The translations under genes and the position numbers were made by a program. The notes beneath the pieces are model-generated. The model ran no database searches and was not told the origin of the DNA. It saw only the letters and a list, made by a program, of their open reading frames with translations. DNA of 45,708 bases from an uncultured Methanosarcinaceae archaeon (GTDB taxonomy: Archaea > Halobacteriota > Methanosarcinia > Methanosarcinales > Methanosarcinaceae): the NCBI GenBank assembly GCA_963721455.1, contig CAVRJG010000013.1, forward strand, positions 1 through 45,708, written 5' to 3'. Shown piece after piece: positions 1 through 9,290 of this stretch; within the stretch, counting starts at the first letter, position 1; the number at the start of each line of letters is the position of its first letter.

Positions 1-33
1 AAATCAAATTGCGTGCGGCCACCCCAACCTAAA

Positions 34-96
34 CAGGCTGTCCGACAATAACCTTCGGTAATAAGAGTTTTCTGCTCAATTAGTATGTTGCTTATT
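34..96. mobile_element. Isolated IS1182-like terminal remnant, truncated by the IS4 element
   Basis: AGGCTGTCCGACAAT (35-49) is identical to the end at 45355-45369 downstream of the IS1182 transposase; weak similarity continues for about 20 bp. Confidence 0.5.
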
Positions 97-348
97 CATT
101 GGTCATCGGTTAAGAACTTACTTCAATCTACCAATAGTGTTTTTCAGTTCATCTTTTCATTCTAACCATTCTTCTCTGAACCTTTCTCTGTTTACATGTG
201 GATCCAATGCTTGACTTTCGTACACACTCATCACTGTTTCAAAAGTTCTTTCAATTCCACATCTATGCAGAATCACTGTCAATAAATCTGATGCATTTTC
301 AGCAAATATTATGCTCCATCTCTCTTGAGTATATCGAACCATTTTTTC

Positions 349-1930
349 GAGACTTTTTATTATTTTCTGGTCTTCAATTTTTTTCTCTAATAATGCAAAA
401 CAATAAAATTTTAATTTCATTGAAATAAATTCTTTTTTATGGGAACAGGAAACAAAATAATCTATAAGTCAATGGTAAAAACTATCTTTGAAGGCAATAT
501 CTTAATTCCTTTGCCGAAGTTATTGGTTGGAAATCGCTTTCATTCGCTGTTCTCTATAATATCTCCTACTCACTGCGATTATTGTGGCACAAAATTAAAT
601 GTGAATTCTCACTATACCCGTTTTATTCTTACGAGTTATGGCACCATAACTCGCAATACTATATACTGGATTTGTCCTAATTGTAAAAAGAATTTTCATG
701 ATCAGATAGTTGGCGTTTCTGGATCCGCAAATTACAGCGATGAGTTCTATGACAAACAACAGTTTGTCAGATATGATGGCAGATGCAGCCTTAACAATTC
801 CTGTAGAATCGGTGAAAGATATACAGAAGGCTTGACTGATATATGTGGGAGAGCTCCTTGTGCCTCTTCATTATGGTTGCATGAGCAAAAACAAGCAACA
901 ATATCAAAGCAAGAACTATTAGATCAAAATCCTGATTTCGACGGAACATTGTATGCTGATGGGGATTGGGTCAAGAAAGGATGGAAAAAGAAGTTTGAAA
1001 CTCTGATCGGAAGAGAGATTACATTAAAAGAATGGAAAAAGATGCGATATCAATCCGTTTACGTTATCGCCACAAAAGAAAAAGTAATTTTGGATTTTGA
1101 GATAACTGACAGGTTACCAAAAGTTGAGGCTCTGATTCCTCTTTTCCTACGAATAAAAAACCGATTTCCAGAAGGCAAAATACAAAAGATTGTTTCTGAT
1201 GAGGATAAAGCAATTATTGGAGCTGTAAAAAGTGTCTTTCCTGAAGTTGTTCATTCTTTTTGTGTGTTTCATCAATTGAAAAACGTTAGCAAAAAATATA
1301 GTGATGAATTCGGATCAGTAAAAGATATTCCAGATAATGATAAACTTGTGTACAATGAGATCTGTCAGTTAATACAATCTGACACGGTCATCAATTCCGT
1401 TGTGTGTTTTCAAAATATCCTAACATTGGACTCTAATCTCAAACTTTCAAAAGCGTCTCATAAAGCGATTTCTTATGCAAAAGAGATGTTCGAAAAGAAC
1501 ATAAGCTTTTTGAAAAAAGGATTTACACCTGAGACGGATAATACAATGGAACAGATATTTTCGTTGATAGGAGATGTTGTTGACAAAGCAAGATCATTCA
1601 AAACTGATAATGGTCTAACTAATTTTTGTTACAATTTGTTTACCTATTTTAATAAACGGTGCTTTCGTACTGGAAAATGGGCAGGATTCTCACCATTGAT
1701 GAGGGCGAGATTTCAGTATGGATAAATAAAGTGTGAATGGAAAATTCGATCTAAATCTGAACTTTATAGCGATAGCTATCGAATAATTCTGACAGATATC
1801 GGAAGTTTGTGTAAAAATTTAGATGTAAGTAGATCAACTGTTCTGAAATGAGGAAAGCATCTAATTAATTTTGATAAAATCTCATTATTCTTTTAAAATT
1901 GGAGATAACCAGAAAAAATTAAAAAGACTC
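349..1930 (+). mobile_element. IS256/ISH6-like (Mutator superfamily) insertion sequence, 1582 bp
   Basis: IRs GAGACTTTTTATTATTTTCTGG and revcomp GAGTCTTTTTAATTTTTTCTGG; 8-bp TSD ATTTTTTC at 341-348 and 1931-1938. Confidence 0.9.
439..1725 (+). CDS. DDE transposase, IS256/MULE-like, with N-terminal Zn-ribbon cysteines
   Basis: 428-aa ORF; YADG...IVSDED...CVFH (CxxH) ...NTMEQ; lies inside the IR/TSD-bounded element. Confidence 0.8.
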   Translation: MGTGNKIIYKSMVKTIFEGNILIPLPKLLVGNRFHSLFSIISPTHCDYCGTKLNVNSHYTRFILTSYGTITRNTIYWICPNCKKNFHDQIVGVSGSANYSDEFYDKQQFVRYDGRCSLNNSCRIGERYTEGLTDICGRAPCASSLWLHEQKQATISKQELLDQNPDFDGTLYADGDWVKKGWKKKFETLIGREITLKEWKKMRYQSVYVIATKEKVILDFEITDRLPKVEALIPLFLRIKNRFPEGKIQKIVSDEDKAIIGAVKSVFPEVVHSFCVFHQLKNVSKKYSDEFGSVKDIPDNDKLVYNEICQLIQSDTVINSVVCFQNILTLDSNLKLSKASHKAISYAKEMFEKNISFLKKGFTPETDNTMEQIFSLIGDVVDKARSFKTDNGLTNFCYNLFTYFNKRCFRTGKWAGFSPLMRARFQYG

Positions 1931-2362
1931 ATTTTTTCAGGATGAGCCGTATTGTTCTTTACAAGAGAATAAATTCTTCTGCTAACGATTAATGTCAACA
2001 TTGCTGTCCATATTAGAGCCTCAATTACCTGCACATTCTTTGTATCCAGAACGTCAAGCGCGTATTTGCTTTTTAACTCCTTGAAAAGCAGCTCTATGTC
2101 CCATCTTGCTCCATATAATTTTGCAATGTCTTTTGCACTCAAAACATCTTTCTGAATATTTGTAATGTATATGTGGTGCTTTTCATCTTCATCATTATAT
2201 ACCGCAACAAGACGTACACACATCTCATCCTGTTTTTGCTTGCCTTTGTATGCTCTTCTTTTAAACTTTATTTTCACAACAGCATCAAGATCTTTTCCTG
2301 AAAGTTGCTTAATACACTCACTAACAGGTTTTCCAGTGAACTCTTTGCTTTTTGTCTTAGAA

Positions 2363-2639
2363 CCTACTTTCGGCAGGTCGACGTTTAATTTTTGATAATT
2401 TTACTGATGGCGATTTTGAAATAATGCTCCTTACTTGTGTGTAATTGATAGGTTTACATATGACCAATTATTAATTTCTCATACTAAACTTTAATGAAAA
2501 AATGATTTAGTATTTATATATGCTGTGGGAGTTGAGCCACCTGTTAACCAGCTTTAAACCTAATCTATAGTTAGTGAATGTTCAAAAACGGCATCAAGAA
2601 AAATATTCTAATTTTTAATGTCGACCTGCCGAAAGTAGG
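2363..2639. mobile_element. 277-bp MITE with IS1634-type ends
   Basis: Perfect 20-bp IR CCTACTTTCGGCAGGTCGAC; 6-bp TSD TTAGAA (2357-2362, 2640-2645); ends nearly identical to the IS1634 ends at 7558 and 10602. Confidence 0.92.
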
Positions 2640-3690
2640 TTAGAAAGTCCCTCTTCAACAGAAACAAGAATAGGATCCATATTCTTCCTAATTCTTGAGA
2701 CAAAATATCCTCCATTTTCCTCAACTCTTGCAAACATTTGGCTTTTGTAAAAACCAAGATCAACAAGAAGAATACGGTCTTTGATCCAGGGCCCTATTTT
2801 CAATGTTTTCATTTCAGCTGTTTTTTCAGAGTACAGAGCAACTGTTTTAGGTCCATTAGCAACTGCACTTACCATAACTCCCACTTTTACTCCAGCAGCT
2901 ACTGTTCTTGCTCTTGCTGCCGGAAACTTGTCTGATAAAGAGGAGTGAAGACGAACAATTGTGCTGTCCTGAATGAGAACATCCTGGAAGTTTTCGAGTT
3001 TTTTACTAAGTTTTCTACCGGGTTCTTTTGCAAGTTCTTCTATGCCATGAATAACACACTGATGAAGAAACTCCACAAGTTCTGGAGTGAATCTATAGTA
3101 CCAGCTGCTGTCGCTTAGGGTCTTATTTGATTCTTTTTCATATTCTCTTTTCAAACTGGCAAGTGTACGCTGCAAGCGTACACCAAAACTGAGAGTTAAA
3201 ACCCAAAAGATGATGACAGGGTCAATTTTACGCTCACGTACTATGAGACCAGTTTCTTTGGCAGTTTGCCTTAACCACTCTTCGGGAAACATTTCCCGAA
3301 GAGAGTCTTCAAGAGTAGGTGGGGGATGAGGAGACATATATACACTAATATTTAAATTATTATTATAAAAACGCATGTAGAAGTGATTATCTAATGCTTA
3401 ACCGATGACGCATGAATAAGCTTTAGTTATTACGGCAAGAAAGTTATTCAATACATGCATTGAGTAAGTTATTACTTTTTCAATGACACTGAAAGTTGCA
3501 CTCTATATTAGGACTTCTACAAAAAATAAAAATTTCGAATTTCACTATTTTTAATAAAGTAAACAAAAAACGAGGCAACTTTCTTTATTTTTCTAATTTT
3601 TTGTTATTGAGGAACTATTTTAAGAAACAAAGCTTCGGGCGTGACTTCCACTGGAAAAGTAAAAAAACAAAAATTATTAGAGATAAAACT

Positions 3691-3845
3691 TGTAAGCTCC
3701 TGTTATTGTTCTCCACCGGAAACTCGTAATATAATCAAGAAAATTTACTTTGTAAACTCCTGTTACCATTCTCCACTGGAAATTGAGCATGTAGTCAAGA
3801 AAAAATGCTTTATAAGTTCCTGTTATAATTCTCTGTAGGAAATGA
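3691..3845. repeat. Degenerate 60-bp tandem repeat (about 2.6 units) carrying TCCAC(T/C)GGAAA motifs
   Basis: Units start at 3691, 3751 and 3811 (TGTAAGCTCCTGTTA / TGTAAACTCCTGTTA / TATAAGTTCCTGTTA). Confidence 0.8.
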
Positions 3846-4115
3846 AAAAACAGCTTGTGGAGCCTTAGGTAAGCTATTTATTATGAATATCCCCTCATGA
3901 ATCAAGTATATAAAGTCATGAATTCACTTTCTAAGCTACTCCTATTTTTTAAAGAGTTTGGTATAAAGGCGTGGGCAGTGCAAAAAATCATTTTTACAGA
4001 AAATTTCCATTTGAATGGCTGAGAAGTTGTTGGAACAAGACATTGAACAAAGAGACCGATTAGTTCAGAATTATATCTGGATTTCTAATTTAACAACAAA
4101 AAAGTTATACTTCCA

Positions 4116-4370
4116 TTACAGGTTTTCCTCTGGATGATTGATAATTGCAGTCCACCACCAGCGAGCCATACCCAGAAGATCCTTTGAAAACTAGCCTGAA
4201 AGCCTGTATTCTTTGTTCTTTATCGAGATAAACCCTGCTCCAAGCAATTTATTGCGCATTGCATAAAATGAAGCAAGACCTATCTGAAGTTCTTCCAGAA
4301 TGGCCTTCCACTCGTCAGTCCGGATTGCATTTCCTTCGGCTTGCTGCTCTTCAATTATTACAAGGAATTT
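4116..4370 (-). pseudogene. 5'-truncated hypothetical (possibly wHTH-like) gene fragment with an in-frame TAG
   Basis: Manual translation KFLVIIEEQQAEGNAIRTDEWKAILEELQIGLASFYAMRNKLLGAGFISIKNKEYRLSG*FSKDLLGMARWWWTAIINHPEENL*; cut by the MITE at 4372. Confidence 0.6.
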
Positions 4371-4371
4371 T

Positions 4372-4522
4372 GGTTCTGGTGCAAAAATAATATTTCCTCA
4401 GTTTGATACTATAATTCTTACTTTTGTGTACCATTTTCCCGATAGTAGAAAATGATTAACTTTCCTAATTGTGAAGGTTTACACTGATTTTGCAACAAAG
4501 CCAGATTTTTTGCACCAGAACC
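4372..4522. mobile_element. IS6-type MITE (about 150 bp), GGTTCTGGTGC subfamily
   Basis: IR GGTTCTGGTGCAAAAAA / TTTTTTGCACCAGAACC; internally similar to 12419-12568. Confidence 0.85.
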
Positions 4523-5106
4523 GGGTATTTTTCCTCAAAGAAAGTGGGTTCTGGAGAAATAGAGAAGTTTCAGTGAAATCTAAGCTGAAAGTTGTGAGAG
4601 CTCAAGGGATTAAAGATAAGAATAATTAATCAGTTTTTAGAAAAAAATCGTAGCAGGAAAGATAGCAAAATCAAAGAAAAATAGAAAACTATTCAGCCTA
4701 CCCAAAATCAGGTTGATTGATGTTGATTTTAAGCATCACAGACCCTAAGTGCGATTACTAACCATACATGTAAAAAATAAAAAACGCAATCATAGCCAAC
4801 AATTAATGGAAACTAATTCAAGGAAATTTCCCACTGAACCTTATGATAGATGGCTATTGAGGTTGTTCATTTTTCCTGAATGTACTGTAACGACGTTACG
4901 CGAATTTTGTGAGAAAAATAATTTGTGAAAAGCAGGTTTTTGTTCATTTTTAGGCTTTTTAAAGTTAATTTTTTGGGTATGGCAAGGACAGAAAATCTAG
5001 AATACTATAAAAATAATGTTAGTTAAATGAGATATATATTTATTGTAAGTATAACGTAGTTCTATTAAAGTAAAAACGTAGACGAACTTTACAGTGGGGG
5101 AAAAGT

Positions 5107-5514
5107 ATGAAAATTAGAGTAGTTAGTTCCAGAGAGGAAATTTTAACTCTCAATCCAAACGAACGTATTGTTCATCTGACCTTCAGACCTTCGAACAAAG
5201 ACTTCTTTGCGCTGGTTGAGACATGCCCGAAAATTGAGGTAATTCAGCTACCTAAATCCTACAGGCGCACGGTTTCAAAATCCATAGAAATGTTCCTTAA
5301 AATGCAGCGTATCCAGCTCGTCGAAGGAGATGTCTGGGGTCACAGGAAGGACATTAATGAATATTACACAGTTCCATCCTCAGTGGTTGAAAAAATAAGG
5401 GAAATGAAACTTGAAGGTAAATCCACTGAAGATATTGAAGCAAAGGTTTCAAGAGAAAGCAAGCTTGACCCTGAAATGATCGCTTATATCATGACCAAGG
5501 AAGCTCCTGCCTGA
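5107..5514 (+). CDS. DUF1699 family protein
   Basis: 135 aa beginning MKIRVVSSREEI...FRPSNKD, typical of the Methanosarcina family; G-rich RBS upstream. Confidence 0.85.
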   Translation: MKIRVVSSREEILTLNPNERIVHLTFRPSNKDFFALVETCPKIEVIQLPKSYRRTVSKSIEMFLKMQRIQLVEGDVWGHRKDINEYYTVPSSVVEKIREMKLEGKSTEDIEAKVSRESKLDPEMIAYIMTKEAPA

Positions 5515-5531
5515 ATTCGTACAGGAGAAGA

Positions 5532-5680
5532 GGTTCTGTTGCAAAAATAATTTTTCTACCCTTTTAGGCTATAATAACTTCTTTTTGTGTTATTATTAAC
5601 CTGCTTATGACATCTTAATATCCCAATTATGATGTTTTTCACTGGTTTGGTAAAACAGCCAGATTTTTTGCAACAGAACC
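5532..5680. mobile_element. IS6-type MITE, GGTTCTGTTGC subfamily
   Basis: IR GGTTCTGTTGCAAAAA / TTTTTGCAACAGAACC; inverted copy at 14925-15073. Confidence 0.85.
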
Positions 5681-5702
5681 CAATTTCGAGTACTACGTGT
5701 CT

Positions 5703-7331
5703 TTATGCTTGGTTCAGAAGTACTTTCATGTCTTCTTCAACGGTTGTGTTTGGCCTGATGTTGAAATTATCTACCAGCACTTTGAGAACGTTTGGAGAGA
5801 CACAGGCCGGAAGTGTCGGGCCAAGGGTGATGTTCTTTATTCCCAGGCTCAGGAGGGCGAGCAGCACAAGCACTGCTTTTTGCTCGTACCAGGCTATATT
5901 GTAGGAAACAGGCAGGTCATTTATATCCTTGAGGCTGAAAGCCTCTGCAAGTTTCTGGGCTATTACCACAAGCGAGTAAGAATCATTGCACTGTCCTGCG
6001 TCGATTACTCTCGGAATTCCTCCGATGTCTCCAAGTTCAAGTTTGTTGTAGCGGTATTTGGCACAGCCTGCGGTCAGGATTACTGTATCTTTGGGGAGGG
6101 CTTTTGCAAATTCGGTGTAGTAGGCCCTTTCCTTATGCCTGCCGTCGCAGCCTGCCATAACCATGAACCTCTTAATTTTTCCGCTTTTTACCGCATCTAT
6201 GATTTTATCCGCAACCGAAAGGGCTGCTTCGTGTGCAAAGCCTACAACGATCGTTCCGCTTTCCAGCTGCTCCGGAGGCTTGCTTGTTTTTGCCTGTTCA
6301 ATCAGAGGAGTGAAATCCTTTGTGCCATCTTCTTTTTCATATATATGGATAAGTCCTTCAAAGCCCACTACTCCTGTAGTGTAAATCCTGTTCCTGTATG
6401 ACTCTCTCGGCGGGATTATGCAGTTTGTAGTCATTAAGATCGGGCCGTTGAACTTCTCGAATTCATCATTCTGTTTCCACCAGGCGTTCCCATAATTGCC
6501 TGCGAAGTTGTCGTACTTCTTGAAGGCAGGGTATGAGTTTGCAGGCAGCATCTCTCCATGGGTGTAAACGTCGATTCCTGTGCCCTTTGTCTGCTCAAGG
6601 AGCTGTTCGAGGTCCCGCAGGTCGTGCCCACTGATAAGGATTCCTGGTCGATCTCTCACGCCGATATTGACCACAGTCGGTTCCGGGTTTCCGTAAGTTT
6701 CGGTGTTTGCTTTATCAAGCAGGGCCAGGGCTGAAACACCTTTTTGCCCGCATTCCAGAACGAGGCCAATGAGAGCTTCTATTCCTAAACTGTCGTCGGT
6801 GGTCGAGACCAGCCCTTTTTCCATGAACTCGAAGATTGCTTCGTCCTTATATCCCAGCACATAGGCATGGTGCAAATAAGCAGCCATCCCCTTCAAGCCG
6901 TAGGTCAGAAGTTCCCTGAGTGACCTGATATCCTCGTCCTGCGTGGAGTGAACAGCAACGTCCAGACTTGCTATGCTTTCGGGGGTAACTGTAGCCACGG
7001 CAGGGAGGTCTTTTTCGGCAGCCAGTTTTTCTGCAGGAAGCTTTGCTTTAATCTCGTCTCTGAGCTCAAATCCTTTCTTTATAAGGGATTCAATTTCCTT
7101 CTTATCAAAATTAGTATTCGTAAGGGTAGCAAAGAAGCTATCCAGTACAAACCTGTCTGTTGCTTCTTTATTAAGACCTACATTTCTTGCTTTCAGGTTA
7201 TAGAACGAAATGCTTTTGAGGACATAGAGAAGTCTGTCTTGGAGGTCTGCAACTTCCCCTTTTTTGCCACATACCCCATTTTTCGTACAACCTTTTGAGT
7301 TAAGAGTTTCCTGACATTGATTACAGAACAT
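5703..7331 (-). CDS. hcp: Hybrid cluster protein (hydroxylamine / NO reductase)
   Basis: N-terminal MFCNQCQE...GC...GVCGK; SGHDL, THGEMLP, TTNC, GCDG, GCAKY, GQCND and WYEQKA motifs. Confidence 0.97.
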   Translation of the reverse strand: MFCNQCQETLNSKGCTKNGVCGKKGEVADLQDRLLYVLKSISFYNLKARNVGLNKEATDRFVLDSFFATLTNTNFDKKEIESLIKKGFELRDEIKAKLPAEKLAAEKDLPAVATVTPESIASLDVAVHSTQDEDIRSLRELLTYGLKGMAAYLHHAYVLGYKDEAIFEFMEKGLVSTTDDSLGIEALIGLVLECGQKGVSALALLDKANTETYGNPEPTVVNIGVRDRPGILISGHDLRDLEQLLEQTKGTGIDVYTHGEMLPANSYPAFKKYDNFAGNYGNAWWKQNDEFEKFNGPILMTTNCIIPPRESYRNRIYTTGVVGFEGLIHIYEKEDGTKDFTPLIEQAKTSKPPEQLESGTIVVGFAHEAALSVADKIIDAVKSGKIKRFMVMAGCDGRHKERAYYTEFAKALPKDTVILTAGCAKYRYNKLELGDIGGIPRVIDAGQCNDSYSLVVIAQKLAEAFSLKDINDLPVSYNIAWYEQKAVLVLLALLSLGIKNITLGPTLPACVSPNVLKVLVDNFNIRPNTTVEEDMKVLLNQA

Positions 7332-7393
7332 ATTTGTTCACCTTTAAAACTGAGTTATTCAGCATATTTCCTATTTTAGAATACTATTTTCCA

Positions 7394-7441
7394 TAAGGTA
7401 CCAGCTCATATATAGGAGACAGTTTCGATATGGGTACCTTA
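7394..7441. promoter_or_regulatory. Candidate operator in the hcp promoter
   Basis: TAAGGTACC (7394-7402) and GGTACCTTA (7433-7441) form an inverted pair around a TATATA box. Confidence 0.4.
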
Positions 7442-7967
7442 ATAATGAAAACTCAATTTTCAGAAGCCAGAGGTTGAGACTTTATCCCCTCGGCTGCAGA
7501 CTGTCGGGTCTTTTCCCTTTTTTCAGACTCCATCCCATCTTCAACTGATTCCCTTATCCTACATTCGGCAGGTTAACGTAATTAGAGATATATATTTTCA
7601 TATTTCTCCCCCATGAGACTCAATATCTTCCAGTGAATCTCTTCCATATTCAATATTTCTGACTCTATTTTCTCTTCTTTCTGAGTTATAAGTTCTGTAA
7701 TCCCCTGGAAATTGAAAAATATCCATCTCATTGTAGGTCTTTTTGTTGGTTTCCCTTTTTGATCTGGAACCGTTTCATTTTGTTCCTCTAATTTTGTCCT
7801 CAGCTTCCATTCTGCTAGTGAATAAATCATTAAACAGAGAACCATTATCATGGTCACTGCTTCGATTCTTGCTTTATTTTTGAGGTAAACTTTTGATATG
7901 CTAAATGTATGACTTTTCAAGAATCTGAATCCTTTTTCTACGTTATCCTGTCCTTTGTAATACTTTA

Positions 7968-9290
7968 GGAATAACAAATATATAATTTAAAGTATTTTTA
8001 TTGTCATATAATATTGTTGATTAAAATCTGTTAGAAATGACAAGGAATTTACTTTAATGCTGCGCACAAAATATTCTGAGGAAATTGAAAAACAAATGAA
8101 AGTGTTTTATAACACTTTAAATGAGAAAGATCGAAGAAGATATGCAGCCATAGAAGCAATGAAATTAGGTCATGGGGGACAAAACTACATAAGTAGTGTT
8201 CTAGGCTGTCATTTTCAAACTGTTATGGCTGGAATTAGTGAAATCACTAATGGTATAGAAAAACCAGATAACAGGATTCGAAAGCCTGGTGGAGGTAAAA
8301 AGAAAATCATCGATACAGTCGAGAATATTGATGAAGTTTTCTTTGAGATTTTAAAAGATCATACGGCTGGAAGCCCTATGGATAACGAAATAAAATGGAC
8401 AAATCTGAGTCTTAAGGAGATTTCAAAGGCTTTTGAAGCAAAAGGCATGAACATAAGTCCCCATGTAGTAAAGCAGCTCTTAAAGAAACATGGTTTTGCA
8501 AAGAGAAAGATGCAAAAAACCGTCACAATGAAAGATTGTAAAGATAGGAATGAGCAATTTGAGAGGATTCGTGAGTTAAAAGAAGAGTACTCAAAAAGCA
8601 AGAATCCGATTATCAGTATAGATGTCAAAAAAAAGAATTCATAGGCAACTTCTACCGTGACGGAAAAGTTTATTGTACTCAGCCAGTTAAGGTTTATGAC
8701 CACGATTTCAATACATTTTCAGATGGCATTGTAATTCCACATGGCATTTACGACTTAAAACGTAACGAAGGATACATCACTTTAGGAACCAGTAAGGATA
8801 CAAGCGAGTTTTGTTGTGATGGCATTAAAGACTGGTGGAAAAACTACGGTAAGCAAAATTATCCAGAAGCAAATAGCGTTTTAACCTTAGCCGATAGCGG
8901 TGGAAGCAACTCAAGTAGACATTTTATATTTAAAGAAGACTTACAAAAACTAGTAGACGAAATTGGGATTGAAATCAGAATGGCTCATTATCCATCATAT
9001 ACTTCGAAATACAATCCAATAGAACACAGGTTATTCTGTCATGTTACAAGTGCCTGCAAAGGTGTTGTCTTTAGCAGTATTGATGTGGTCAAAAGCCTTA
9101 TTGATAAGACTTCTACATCAACAGGATTAAAAGTGTTTTCGACTATCAAAAATAAAGTTTATGCAAAGGCAAGAAAAGTAAGTGAAAACTTCAAGGAAAA
9201 CATGAAAATTGTATTTGACGATTATTTGGGGAAATGGAATTATAAAGTAATTCCCGAAGTAGAAATGTGAAGTTATTTTTTAGCTATTCC
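7968..9290 (+). mobile_element. ISAzo13 family element, 1323 bp
   Basis: IRs GGAATAACAAATATATAATTT and revcomp GGAATAGCTAAAAAATAACTT; 3-bp TSD TTA (7965-7967, 9291-9293). Confidence 0.9.
8057..9270 (+). CDS. ISAzo13 transposase, two overlapping frames joined by a -1 frameshift
   Basis: LNEKDRRRYAA, RIRKPGGGKKK and ISIDVKKK; after A8G (8627-8635) the -1 frame reads KKEFIGNFYRDG...ADSGGSN...TSKYNPIEHRLF. Confidence 0.9.

Larger units (their letters stand above)
157..3337 (-). pseudogene. IS4 family transposase split in three (3337-2640, 2362-1931, 348-157)
   Basis: Motifs QDSTIVRL, LVDLGFY and YGARWDIELLFKELKS (YREK); the reading rejoins across both insertions, e.g. ...TAHPEKM|VRYTQERW... Confidence 0.9.
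97..3414 (-). mobile_element. IS4 family (ISH8-like) element, about 1445 bp once two nested insertions are removed
   Basis: Terminal IRs CATTGGTCATCGGTTAAG (97-114) and CTTAACCGATGACGCATG (3397-3414), 16/18 match; encloses a transposase in three pieces; no direct TSD visible. Confidence 0.85.

Noticed and set aside
13-33. GTGCG near the window start as a second group II intron
   Set aside because: No domain V or VI found downstream; a chance pentamer.
157-420. 87-aa ORF as an independent gene
   Set aside because: Chimera of the IS256-like left end and the IS4 transposase C-terminus.
3691-3845. 60-bp periodic repeat as a mini-CRISPR
   Set aside because: The intervening sequences are similar to each other and the repeats are degenerate.
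5629-7298. Plus-strand ORFs over hcp, and similar ORFs over the kinase, CheBR, TPR, GMC and SNF2 genes
   Set aside because: Antisense or alternate-frame shadows of well-supported genes.
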